Shown here piece after piece: positions 30,801 to 38,113 of a DNA stretch of 64,000 bases (the first letter of the stretch is position 1; each line of letters opens with the position of its first letter). A model generated the notes under the pieces. That model did no database searches. It was given only the letters and a program-made list of their open reading frames with translations, and had not been told where the DNA came from. The DNA comes from an uncultured virus (IMG/VR IMGVR_UViG_3300002835_000029) (taxonomy: Duplodnaviria; Heunggongvirae; Uroviricota; Caudoviricetes): positions 62,001 to 126,000 of IMG/VR virus record IMGVR_UViG_3300002835_000029; one strand, 5' to 3'. Both the position numbers and the translations under genes were made by a program.

Positions 30801-31799
30801 AACTTTACCAATTTGTCGGAATCCACCAAGCTCTTCAGCAATTCTAATAAATGTAACATCACCATCGCCAAGTCCAGCTAATGCCTCACTTAGCCTTTTA
30901 ATGGCTTCGTATGGGCCAACAAACTTACCATCTAAGTCTGTTAGTTCAACACCAAACTGTTTTAAGTATTCAATGGTCTTTGGTCGCTGGATACGTGTGA
31001 AGATTGTACGTAAGCCAGTACCAATACTTTCAGCACTCTCTCGGGTTGTGGCTCTTACGCTAGTAAATAGTGCTAAAAGTTCATTAAGATTACCACCAGA
31101 AGATTTGAATACACCACCCGTTCTACGAACAACGTCAATTAAGTCACTGGCTTCTACGGCGAATGCACCGGCTACAGCGTTAATAGAACCAAGCTGCTTT
31201 TCTAATGCTCCAACGCCTTGACCAAATTGTGCTAAGATAGCAATAGCACCTTCTGCCGTTTCTGTTATGCTATCAAAGTTAGGGGCAAGAGCAGCTTTTG
31301 CTAACGTTCTTAATGCTGCCGATGTGTCTTCAGCACTTAAACCGGCTTGTGCTAAAATTGTAGAAACATTAAGTAAATCAGAAGATGCAACACCAAATCC
31401 AGTAGACAAATCAGTAATTTGCTTAGTTAGTCCACGAAGCTGACCTATGCTTTTTCCAGTGACCTGAGAGACTTTAATCAATTGCCTCTCAAAGTCAATG
31501 GATGCTTGAACAGCATCACCAAGAGTACTGGTGAATAAGCCAACCGCCCGCGTGGCAATAGAAAAGGCAGCAAAACGCCTAATAGATAGAGCAAATGCTT
31601 TACCCATGCGTTCTGCTGCTGTTGTTGCTTGATTAGTTGCTTGAGCTACTTGCTGAATTTGTTTTTGAGCTTGTCCAGCATTCTGGACTTGTATGTTAAC
31701 ACTAACGCCATTTAACTGGGTTTGTATTTGTTGTACAACTTGCTTAACATTATTCGGGGCTTGTAGCTGTAATTGTGCGGTCAGTACGAATTTGGACAT
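24876..31799 (-). CDS. tail tape measure protein (2307 aa)
   Basis: TP901-type core (SIDFERQLIKVSQVTG..LAQAG..), Ala/Gln-rich helices, hydrophobic stretch near 27600-28300, three DTVPA(M/L)L(A/T)PGEFV motifs; AAGGAG RBS. Confidence 0.92.
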   Translation of the reverse strand: MSKFVLTAQLQLQAPNNVKQVVQQIQTQLNGVSVNIQVQNAGQAQKQIQQVAQATNQATTAAERMGKAFALSIRRFAAFSIATRAVGLFTSTLGDAVQASIDFERQLIKVSQVTGKSIGQLRGLTKQITDLSTGFGVASSDLLNVSTILAQAGLSAEDTSAALRTLAKAALAPNFDSITETAEGAIAILAQFGQGVGALEKQLGSINAVAGAFAVEASDLIDVVRRTGGVFKSSGGNLNELLALFTSVRATTRESAESIGTGLRTIFTRIQRPKTIEYLKQFGVELTDLDGKFVGPYEAIKRLSEALAGLGDGDVTFIRIAEELGGFRQIGKVLPLLQQFSTAQSALNVAMKAGDSLTQDAASAQAALAVRIMKVKEEFLALIRSITETSTFQIMANTALSLASALIKIGDSIKPLLPMLAALATFRLAKGLGGFFGGMMSGAASGRTYNKGGKVLGFARGGLVPGTGNGDTVPAMLAPGEFVIRKSSVNKMGAGRLAAMNENRYAAGGITKAKQMGMSTADVLSSSRASIKSPRFSRESSVGIATTSYLPQPASSNISIDRDSDVINQVIGGVGYSLSSKFGPKNSLEAIQSLFKGKKNFAFGATIEGVGRDEESQFANIINQSISTAIDTSANRFATEVMKTSPPGSVKKLSSFYNTLDQGFRGQLFENTISALAGKPLSGQDSRRPFDFTRGIGKFRSIYGNLGMDYIDAKITKSSAGLGTTGLLTSPGEDALKSKVSGQLALESLPFIQSIIGSAKKRYFGGLIQKFAEGGEVLERGTQKYLISDVVKGMRELQGNSALSEKDAIALFNSKDARGDFIYTNFGGPGSVKLPKWMGTYRPQSAAYGAFQKAQADKQNRISDAMRRQGKSMRDYETRREFATGGGVGTDTVPALLTPGEFVVNRKSAQRIGYGSLNRMNKVGKYANGGVVQHFAAGSSGSGVKAPGDLAASGARVTDAIMGKLSPKDAALVKDSMKKNSDTFDKLTKEMQDLLFMEEEVTAAYKALARALKSGVSAEEAHRQALAAADAQLNAGKGGTGIPASSSGVLREASMTAEAEDAKARTKVGQYKSETGPLGRTFATEQEKNVALLENKAKKGQVTAEDLGKGLGDGLSQSQAKAIAATNAQAIASQKAAQSNMTEAAASDKAAKADAAEAVSSSKASGMDFGNVAMGLSMVSGTIQSMLPPLDENASLLTQMSHGVLGVITTITGLAFAASAFGITLNASTVASMASTAASFLMGTAGAAASTATLTLAGSATLAAAGTTGFAAAAFTAAAGLLTAMAPFIAAAVAVAGPLLLIVGIAYAVTKAFNFMIGAFYDKSKELKKATEEGKVQEASKLAGQQYDLEAANSTRALYGTMGAGIGAFFGGPFGALIGAAIGNLGGTLLAYIAPDFTEGINVLFGGNTRASAVALAAAQAGAVKTQKSLDEAQKIAAKAMDDFKNGTISASDALAKIRAKSGEAASQVGRAASLAKENSKNRSTGALSYGRETMAYLSLGYVDSAKERNDKLSTQNVEQINNASKQQQEAFNVESPARQAAIRSGLARGGNAKDIRTQAMGSLRSQREEALKTAQSAAKSGDDTTYDAAIAQAKQIADQMEQVDKEIENIEKEVKRQKELYNAMNLGLRSAVATATALSANMNNFSAGLEVGGSAFVNDVEFLQQAMSSSAQAMDPAEIQNAVKGVSDNLRQFGSSEQYIKKFEGNVAAFTQAQAGYNTAFNNIKKSMSDADFKNLSPDDLKKKFAEELTKGMGPDVSEDAKKNLKSVIEGMELDTGEVDKILAGDLSVFGDKLSESQKKMLEDVQKIAAERAKAEQVLIDFTKKRIDAERNLVQAQQEALDLTMEGREIQGKYGGKAVTGQERRNNLLAKSNAESGRLGLTNMRTGSIGELRQRNTEIKNSFAAIEAKRSQKGGMSGKSGVEADETQKDLQKAYKTQIDTIRGLIKLEEEQLKITQEKNKLEKDSMESLIKGDVEDFFKKQSAVGATAAIASGDSRLQNFYGADALGMAYQDIQRQQDAGVQELYGQQLAGPGGLTEAAAGSALSARGVTDMRAAQVMAGTTAEEEASKSRLRELGGMLGETGQVGTEIAEMQVKTSVVNLTAAQVTFDKTMERGNEKAKEAQAIENQRAMSRGGVVYASRGIFVPRGTDTVPAMLTPGEFVVNRGAVQRGNNLQLLHAMNNNNSVGAVSSDGSAVGMARGGRVQYFSEGGQAGGGGFFSGMFDGLSKFATTFGAEISSAVEKLKGINISIKLDSTNVNVNLNDGGLLKALTGEVQTKIFESIESQFRVVEGGKLKRDSKVLGNR

Positions 31800-31832
31800 A
31801 ATTCTCCTTTACTGATGCCACACAACTCTATC

Positions 31833-32711
31833 TCATTCACTATCCGTTGCTGTTGACTTCTTTTTCTTAGCGGGTTTTTCTGTTTCTTCTACTTTTACTT
31901 CTTTATCCTCGTCGTCTACATATGTTACGGTAGGGACATAATTGCCATTTTCATCAAGAACATTGCCATCTTTATCTACTCTCTTGCCTTCATCATTAAG
32001 CCAATATCCTTGCTTATCTATTCTCTTACCGTCTGTATCTACTGTTTCGCCCTTATCATTTACCAAGCTTAGATTATCATCCACAAAATGGAACATTTTA
32101 AGGAATTTGTTTTCTGGCAGTTTGGCCTCAAAATCCTTATCTACAGAATACATCATGGATGCTAGACTAGAAGCTGCGCTAAAAGCGATCTGATCATCAG
32201 ATCTTTCCTTATAGTCATCTAGATCATTATACACTTTCTGACCATTTTCATAATAAGTGCAACTAGCAACAAGGTAGTCAAATCTTACGTTATCAGAAAT
32301 GGATTCTGCGGTATTTTGCTCAAGGCTCATTTTCTCAGCAATTAAGTCTCTAAGCTCATTTCTCTTAATTCTCATCTGAATAGCAATGTTTTTGCCTTCA
32401 GAAGCCTTAAGCTTTTTCCCTGCATTTCCACTCACATATAGACTTCTTTCAAGATTTGCAATCTCTTGAATTACCTTCTTTTGTTCTTCGTCTTTGCCTT
32501 CGTCCCAAATACCTTGTTCTTTCATAAACTTTTCTAGTTCCTTTTTAGTCATAATCCCATCACGAACGCAATCAGTCCAAGCTTTGGCTCCGACTCTTTG
32601 CGCCTGAGAAATTACTGAACTACTTGGGCGTTTTACAACTATTTTAGTTGTTTCTTCTTTACCATCTCTTGTAGTTTTAACATCAACGATCTTTTCCTTA
32701 TCCTGCGACAT
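31833..32711 (-). CDS. putative tail assembly chaperone (292 aa)
   Basis: Immediately upstream of the tape measure; charged; paralogous to 33070..34101; C-terminal (V/I/L)(D/N)xxG repeats. Confidence 0.6.
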   Translation of the reverse strand: MSQDKEKIVDVKTTRDGKEETTKIVVKRPSSSVISQAQRVGAKAWTDCVRDGIMTKKELEKFMKEQGIWDEGKDEEQKKVIQEIANLERSLYVSGNAGKKLKASEGKNIAIQMRIKRNELRDLIAEKMSLEQNTAESISDNVRFDYLVASCTYYENGQKVYNDLDDYKERSDDQIAFSAASSLASMMYSVDKDFEAKLPENKFLKMFHFVDDNLSLVNDKGETVDTDGKRIDKQGYWLNDEGKRVDKDGNVLDENGNYVPTVTYVDDEDKEVKVEETEKPAKKKKSTATDSE

Positions 32712-32726
32712 GGTTTCCTCCAGTTA

Positions 32727-33059
32727 TTAGTTATTAGGATTGATTACGGGTATTTTCATTTGATATCTTGTCCACTCAACTTCATATTGAGCCAATTCTG
32801 CGTCAATATTTCTTGCTTGATTATTTCCTCGGTCAAGTATTTCTGACCTTACTTTATTGTATAAGCTCTTCATGACTTCTTGATCTTTTGATAAGGGTTC
32901 TCCAGATTCATTAGTCCACAAAAAACTAAAATTTTCTTCTAAAGTACTCAAAGCACCAATCATAGTAGTCTGTATTTTCTTTTTAAGAATTTTGGACAAC
33001 CTATCTTTTGAGTCGGCTTTGTATTTTGATTCTCTAACCTTTTTATAGTCTGGTTCCAT
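32727..33059 (-). CDS. hypothetical helical protein in the chaperone cluster
   Basis: GGAGG RBS; lies between the two chaperone-like paralogs. Confidence 0.7.
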   Translation of the reverse strand: MEPDYKKVRESKYKADSKDRLSKILKKKIQTTMIGALSTLEENFSFLWTNESGEPLSKDQEVMKSLYNKVRSEILDRGNNQARNIDAELAQYEVEWTRYQMKIPVINPNN

Positions 33060-33069
33060 ATTTATCCTC

Positions 33070-34101
33070 CTATTTTCCTCTGTTTTGATTATTAGCCATG
33101 GCCTGTATGTTTCTTCTTTGATCCGGTAGATTTTGCTCGTCTAAAGATCCATAACGATCAAGGGCGAGTTTTCTTTGGTGCTTTATCATCTTAGCATTCA
33201 TGTCATTCATATCATTAATTTTTTCTGCTTTTTCTTTGCTGGCAACAACAAATACCTCTGGTGCATTCTTAATTTTTTCGTTTTTAGTGCTATTTTCGAA
33301 TTCTTTTTCTACCCTGTCCTTCTCTCTCTTCTTATGCTGAATAATAAACCAACCGTCTAGCATATCGTCATCTTCTATAACTTCTTTGTTTGGACATTCC
33401 ATAGACTCTTGAATATTATCATACATTTGTGACCAAATTAAAATATTCTTTTGGTTATAAGTTAATTCGGTATTTGGCGGATTTGCAAAAAGTGTAAAGC
33501 CAGAACTTTCTCTAGTGACCCATAACGATTTCCAAGGGTCATTTCTAGCTAATTCTCTAGATTTACTTTCTGAAATAAAGTGCGACTGCCATTCATCTAC
33601 AACGTATTGCAACGACAATTCTTCAAAATTATAGAGCTTACCATTGAAGTATGTCGTATTTTTTATTATCCAAGCTAACCTTTCAGAAGAAGCAATGCCT
33701 TCGCAAGTATTTTGATGATATATATACTTTTTATTTAGGTGAGATGTTATTTGAGCTTCGCCCGCCCGTATATATTTTCTTAAATTACTAGCTAGCATAG
33801 CATTATCTCTAGCGTTGTAGATTTCTACTTTTAGTCTTTCAATGTCTTTTTTGAGTCCTTCCTCCTTCTTATCATCGTGCAGTGTCCAAAGTTCATTTTC
33901 CATCATCCATTGATCCATATCCTCTTCTGTCATTATTTCTTCAGAATATGCTTTATCGTAGGCTTTCTGATATACTTGGCAAGATTTGAAAGATTGATCA
34001 AGTGTTAGTGGGTATATTTCTAAATCTATATCCTTATGACTTATGAATACTTTGCCAGACCTTATCATAGAAACGAAAAACTCCCGCTCATGATGCTTCA
34101 T
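33070..34101 (-). CDS. putative tail assembly chaperone with C-terminal extension (343 aa)
   Basis: Follows the tail tube gene; N-terminal half aligns by eye with the 292-aa protein. Confidence 0.55.
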   Translation of the reverse strand: MKHHEREFFVSMIRSGKVFISHKDIDLEIYPLTLDQSFKSCQVYQKAYDKAYSEEIMTEEDMDQWMMENELWTLHDDKKEEGLKKDIERLKVEIYNARDNAMLASNLRKYIRAGEAQITSHLNKKYIYHQNTCEGIASSERLAWIIKNTTYFNGKLYNFEELSLQYVVDEWQSHFISESKSRELARNDPWKSLWVTRESSGFTLFANPPNTELTYNQKNILIWSQMYDNIQESMECPNKEVIEDDDMLDGWFIIQHKKREKDRVEKEFENSTKNEKIKNAPEVFVVASKEKAEKINDMNDMNAKMIKHQRKLALDRYGSLDEQNLPDQRRNIQAMANNQNRGK

Positions 34102-34126
34102 ACAGCTTTCTCACAAGCGGGAGTTT
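34073..34126 (-). terminator. terminator-like hairpin overlapping the start of the 343-aa gene
   Basis: Perfect 11-bp inverted repeat (AAACTCCCGCT 34078-34088 / AGCGGGAGTTT 34116-34126), extendable to 16 bp with G-U pairs; mRNA continues UUUUUCGUUU. Confidence 0.6.
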
Positions 34127-34129
34127 CAT
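34088..34129 (-). CDS. putative 13-aa leader peptide MKLPLVRKLYEAS
   Basis: AAGGA-AACAAA-ATG; spans the 5' arm and loop of the hairpin; overlaps the next start codon out of frame. Confidence 0.45.
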   Translation of the reverse strand: MKLPLVRKLYEAS

Positions 34130-34167
34130 TTTGTTTCCTTAAAAATCCTAAAAATAAATACTATTGA

Positions 34168-35451
34168 TTATTGACCATTATAGAAAAATCCACCAAAATC
34201 AGTTGCTGCAACATTTGCTGGATCATTTGGATGAAGAACACTTAGGGAGTTATATGTACTATAACTATAAGTTACAGTAGCATTACCACCGCCAGCGTCA
34301 CCGCCAGTATAATTAATAGATGATAGTCTATTTTTACTACCAAGGTCTATTATGGTTCCATCATGTAAAACAATTCTAATTCTTTCATTCTTAGTATTGT
34401 TGCCATAATTTGCTTGACCAACATTAAATTGACCATTAGGATCTCCCGGCGGATTGGCCTTTAGACCTTCTTCTAAAGCTTGAACAAAGTCTCCAGAAGT
34501 TGTTATTGCTTCAATTTCACAAGTAACTTCTACTGGGAAGTTGGCATAACGAGTATATGGAGCTTTTCTTCCAAGTTCTTGAACACTTTCTCTATTAAGA
34601 GAGCAACTGATATTAACATTCTGAAGATGCACAAGTGGTACGCCTGTGACATTTAGTGTAGTTGACCAAGCGTTACCGGGACTAGTATTCTGCCTAACAC
34701 CGTTGATTGACTGTGGTAGAATAGACTTATTTAACGCAACGTTTTCTCTTCTTTGTACACCGCCTCTAAAAGCTGTACTATTAAAATTACCCGGCCCATC
34801 TTCAAACGGAGCCGCAGGAGCATTGCCAGAAGTTAACTGTCGAGCTAAAGTTGGATTAAACTTACTTGGAGTCAAATTCCACTGCTTGTGATTACCAACA
34901 AGTGTGAGAGATTCGGTCGCATTGCCATCTACAGGGATTGTATATCCAATACTACTAATATACATACCACTCATCAAAACTTCTACTGTGTCATTAGTGG
35001 CTGTATTACCATCCCCAATATGAGAAACTGTATCAGAATAAATACCTAAAATAGCATTGCAACGCTGTTTGGTTCTTGCTACAAGAGCTGCTTTAGCGGC
35101 TGGAGTTGTTAACGAGTTGTCAGCTTGAACAGCAGTAGATGCCACATGATACATTAAGGGGTAACCATCAAGAACCTTTTCTAAGGTGACTTCAATATCG
35201 GGTACGCCTTCAATATTTTCATAAATGTGGATTTGACCGAGTTCAAAGACTTGTTCTAGATTGAATGTTGTGTTGATGCCAACGCTCTGAACGCCGTGTA
35301 ATATCTGTACACCTTGACTATGTTTTGCATTCGAATTAGTTGGATTTACAGTTGAAAGTGTTGTCACGCCAGTAGCAGTGACAGAATTTAGTGGCTCAAG
35401 TGCTACAGCCTGACAAGCGTAGAAAATTCTAGCATTATTTGAAAGTGGCAT
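34168..35451 (-). CDS. major tail tube protein (427 aa)
   Basis: GVQSVGINTTFNLEQVFELGQ..PDIEVTLEK and second-repeat LQNVNISCSLNRESVQELG..FPVEVTCEI; own promoter and AGGAGAG RBS; position between neck genes and chaperones. Confidence 0.75.
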   Translation of the reverse strand: MPLSNNARIFYACQAVALEPLNSVTATGVTTLSTVNPTNSNAKHSQGVQILHGVQSVGINTTFNLEQVFELGQIHIYENIEGVPDIEVTLEKVLDGYPLMYHVASTAVQADNSLTTPAAKAALVARTKQRCNAILGIYSDTVSHIGDGNTATNDTVEVLMSGMYISSIGYTIPVDGNATESLTLVGNHKQWNLTPSKFNPTLARQLTSGNAPAAPFEDGPGNFNSTAFRGGVQRRENVALNKSILPQSINGVRQNTSPGNAWSTTLNVTGVPLVHLQNVNISCSLNRESVQELGRKAPYTRYANFPVEVTCEIEAITTSGDFVQALEEGLKANPPGDPNGQFNVGQANYGNNTKNERIRIVLHDGTIIDLGSKNRLSSINYTGGDAGGGNATVTYSYSTYNSLSVLHPNDPANVAATDFGGFFYNGQ

Positions 35452-35486
35452 AATTCTCTCCTATTTTAAGATGGTAAGCTCTAGTT

Positions 35487-35496
35487 AGTTATACAC
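35487..35496 (-). promoter_or_regulatory. putative late promoter motif GTGTATAACT
   Basis: Intergenic copy 35 nt before the tube-gene ATG, preceded by TTTTA. Confidence 0.6.
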
Positions 35497-35501
35497 TAAA
35501 A

Positions 35502-36473
35502 TTATACTGATGTTTCGATTGTTTCAAGGGTCATCCTAACAATGCCAGCGTAAAAATTACTATTTATTAACTTCATGTTCTGAACGTTAGAATTTTTCAA
35601 TCTTAAGTTTCCACGATAGTAGTTTTCTATTAAATCTGGATATCGTAAAGCTCCAGACACTGGAAAACCGTTATAATCTAGGGGAAATGCTCCACTTCTG
35701 GCAATAGAGTTACTATCAAACATATATATGGTTTTATCGTTTTGTAATGAGATAATATCTACTAATTTATTACGAGTATATTCATCTTCAGCTAAACAGT
35801 GGAATAAAACGTCAGTATCTACCCATTGACCGCCTCCTAATTGATAACCCTTCATTGTGCGTCTTGGAACAATTTCAATAGCTATGGATGGTAATTGGAT
35901 TCTAGCTTCTGTTGGTAGATCATATTTACCCTTATTGAGATTATTGAAGTCTTCGCCCAAGTTTAGGGATGAATACTGAATTTCTGCCAACCAAGGTAAA
36001 CTATTAGCATATACCACATTGATATATCTATAACTATATTCCGCTTTTACTATGCTATTTGTAGGAATAGAATTATTAAATATAATACGCCCATTGAAAT
36101 AATCAACCTTATGAGCATATGTTCCACTAGTACTGGATGGATAAAAAGTATTATTTACGTATACTCCAGAAATTCCCGGTTTAGCATTATTAGTACCAAT
36201 AATTGGCGGTGGTGAATATGAAACTCCGCTTTGCCAAATCCAGTTTTTCCTAAATCCCTCCCAAGCTTTGCCACTTGGAAAAGACGGGTTGGAAGATAAT
36301 CTTAATTTACTATAGTCTATACCCTCTGGAGATAATTCTCCTAAAGAGACATTCATGTAGTTGCCTTTTTCTAAAAGCGACCACTCCAAGAATTCAACTA
36401 TGTTGTCTTGTAATTCATTATTTAGCGTAGTATCAAATACGCTATCAAATCCTTTTAGGTTTAAATAGTTCAT
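35502..36473 (-). CDS. putative tail terminator/completion protein (323 aa)
   Basis: IQLPSIAIE..GYQLGG..DVLFHCLAEDEYTRNKLVDII pattern; immediately upstream of the tube gene. Confidence 0.6.
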   Translation of the reverse strand: MNYLNLKGFDSVFDTTLNNELQDNIVEFLEWSLLEKGNYMNVSLGELSPEGIDYSKLRLSSNPSFPSGKAWEGFRKNWIWQSGVSYSPPPIIGTNNAKPGISGVYVNNTFYPSSTSGTYAHKVDYFNGRIIFNNSIPTNSIVKAEYSYRYINVVYANSLPWLAEIQYSSLNLGEDFNNLNKGKYDLPTEARIQLPSIAIEIVPRRTMKGYQLGGGQWVDTDVLFHCLAEDEYTRNKLVDIISLQNDKTIYMFDSNSIARSGAFPLDYNGFPVSGALRYPDLIENYYRGNLRLKNSNVQNMKLINSNFYAGIVRMTLETIETSV

Positions 36474-37111
36474 TATGTACCTAATATTTTTTGAAGAATG
36501 TTAGCTATTTCTTTTTCTTGAGATGAGCCAACTAAAGAGCGAGTAACAAAATTATTATCTGAAGTTCCAGAAAACTCAGGTGGAACTCTGAATGATCCTC
36601 CAGATTTCATGTTGCCAAGTTTTGATCTGCCTAAACCAGTTTGGGGATTGTATTCATATCCAACTATTATAACTTGATCACCTTTGTTGAGTAACCAATC
36701 TAGCCAATGTAAATCTCCATCTCTATATACGGAATGACCTTGTGGCAAACTCAATAAATTAGAGAAATCATCGGGCTGAATATTTATTTCAATACCGCCA
36801 TTTTTGAGTTTGTTATTATATGGAACTATTGATACGGAGCATGAATTTACAATAGATGTTATTATAGTATTAACTATAGTAGATGGTGAGATTGTTATAC
36901 CAAACTGGCCTACTAATGACTGAGTATTACCAGACAATAAGGATTGCATTTCGGGTTGATTTGATATCCAAGATGGAATTAGTAGTTTAATACTATTTAG
37001 AATTTTTGAAGCATTTGATTTCATTGAAGAATTAAATTGAGTAGCCAAAGCAGATAGTATATTATTTTCTATCTGATCAACTGGCTCAAGTAATTTCAAT
37101 GTTATCGTCAT
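36473..37111 (-). CDS. putative neck/tail completion protein (212 aa)
   Basis: LHWLDWLL..G and C-terminal GTSDNNFVTRSL, recalling HK97 gp10-like proteins; synteny. Confidence 0.5.
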   Translation of the reverse strand: MTITLKLLEPVDQIENNILSALATQFNSSMKSNASKILNSIKLLIPSWISNQPEMQSLLSGNTQSLVGQFGITISPSTIVNTIITSIVNSCSVSIVPYNNKLKNGGIEINIQPDDFSNLLSLPQGHSVYRDGDLHWLDWLLNKGDQVIIVGYEYNPQTGLGRSKLGNMKSGGSFRVPPEFSGTSDNNFVTRSLVGSSQEKEIANILQKILGT

Positions 37112-37590
37112 ACTCTATTCCAAAGGCAAGAAAAATACCTATTTTGCCTAAGTCCCATTGGTATATGCTCCCCCATTCTCTCAAATCTCATTTCTTTATA
37201 GTCCTGTATATCCTTGTGAACTATGAGTGCTTTGGCTTTTAGTATTTGTGGTAAGTCTTTCATAAAACCAATAGTCTGTATAACATTATTTGGAACTTGT
37301 ATATCACCAGCAACGTTAATCCACTCTTTTGGATTCCAATAAACTTTTAATTTGATTTCTGTAAGTACTTCTACTTCTCTTATAATTTTATTGCCTCGCT
37401 CATAATCTGGATTATTCAGACGATGAACATTTATAGAATTTTTTTCTGGAATATTATTGTTTGGATTATATACAGTTTCTTCTATTCTATTAGTAGACAC
37501 AAGTTTGCACATTACGCCAAAAATATCGAAGGTAGAATCTATTACGTCATAATATTTGGCAAAAACGCTCTCTGGCACATTTACTGGCAT
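37108..37590 (-). CDS. putative head-closure (stopper) protein (160 aa)
   Basis: Size, beta-rich pattern (FGVMCKLV..IKLKVYW..YFSCLW) and synteny. Confidence 0.5.
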   Translation of the reverse strand: MPVNVPESVFAKYYDVIDSTFDIFGVMCKLVSTNRIEETVYNPNNNIPEKNSINVHRLNNPDYERGNKIIREVEVLTEIKLKVYWNPKEWINVAGDIQVPNNVIQTIGFMKDLPQILKAKALIVHKDIQDYKEMRFERMGEHIPMGLRQNRYFSCLWNRV

Positions 37591-37597
37591 AAGTCAC

Positions 37598-38104
37598 CTA
37601 TATTGTTAAATTGATAGCGTTTAGTTCTTCTGGTGTCGTAGACTCATTAATAGATTGTTTTAGTGTAGCGTATGAATTGCTTAAGGTTGCTCTGGCTTGA
37701 CCATATTGTAACATTAATTGAGTAAATTCTGGTAATGATAATCCATGAGAATTACCTTCGGTATCAACTATATATGATGGATCAGTAAGCCCAATATTGT
37801 TGGCTTCTTTAGCTAATGTGAATGCACCGGTTAATAATGTAATATCTTGAATATCTATTCCAAGTTTATATCCAGCTTGGGTTGTCCAGCCAGCTTTGAC
37901 AGTTTCGGCCCAAACTATATCTAATTGTTTAAGTTTTTCTGATTTAAGTTTTTTTAAAGGCCAATTGTTTAGTATTTCATTTATTGCTTCCAGTTGCAAT
38001 TCTGTTGGCTGATCAACATACATGACGGAGGTAGAACCATTTGATTCTGATACCCCAGCTATTGGAAGCACGTTATTTATCTCTTGAACTAATTTATATA
38101 ACAT
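37598..38104 (-). CDS. DUF4376-like fibre-associated protein
   Basis: LKSEKLKQLD..IVDTEGNSHGLSLPEF..INESTTPEELNAI pattern; directly follows a fibre gene. Confidence 0.55.
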   Translation of the reverse strand: MLYKLVQEINNVLPIAGVSESNGSTSVMYVDQPTELQLEAINEILNNWPLKKLKSEKLKQLDIVWAETVKAGWTTQAGYKLGIDIQDITLLTGAFTLAKEANNIGLTDPSYIVDTEGNSHGLSLPEFTQLMLQYGQARATLSNSYATLKQSINESTTPEELNAINLTI

Positions 38105-38113
38105 GTTTATAAC

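Noticed and set aside
25447..31221. Short plus-strand ORFs opposite the tape measure and other long genes
   Set aside because: Antisense shadows with no recognisable motifs.
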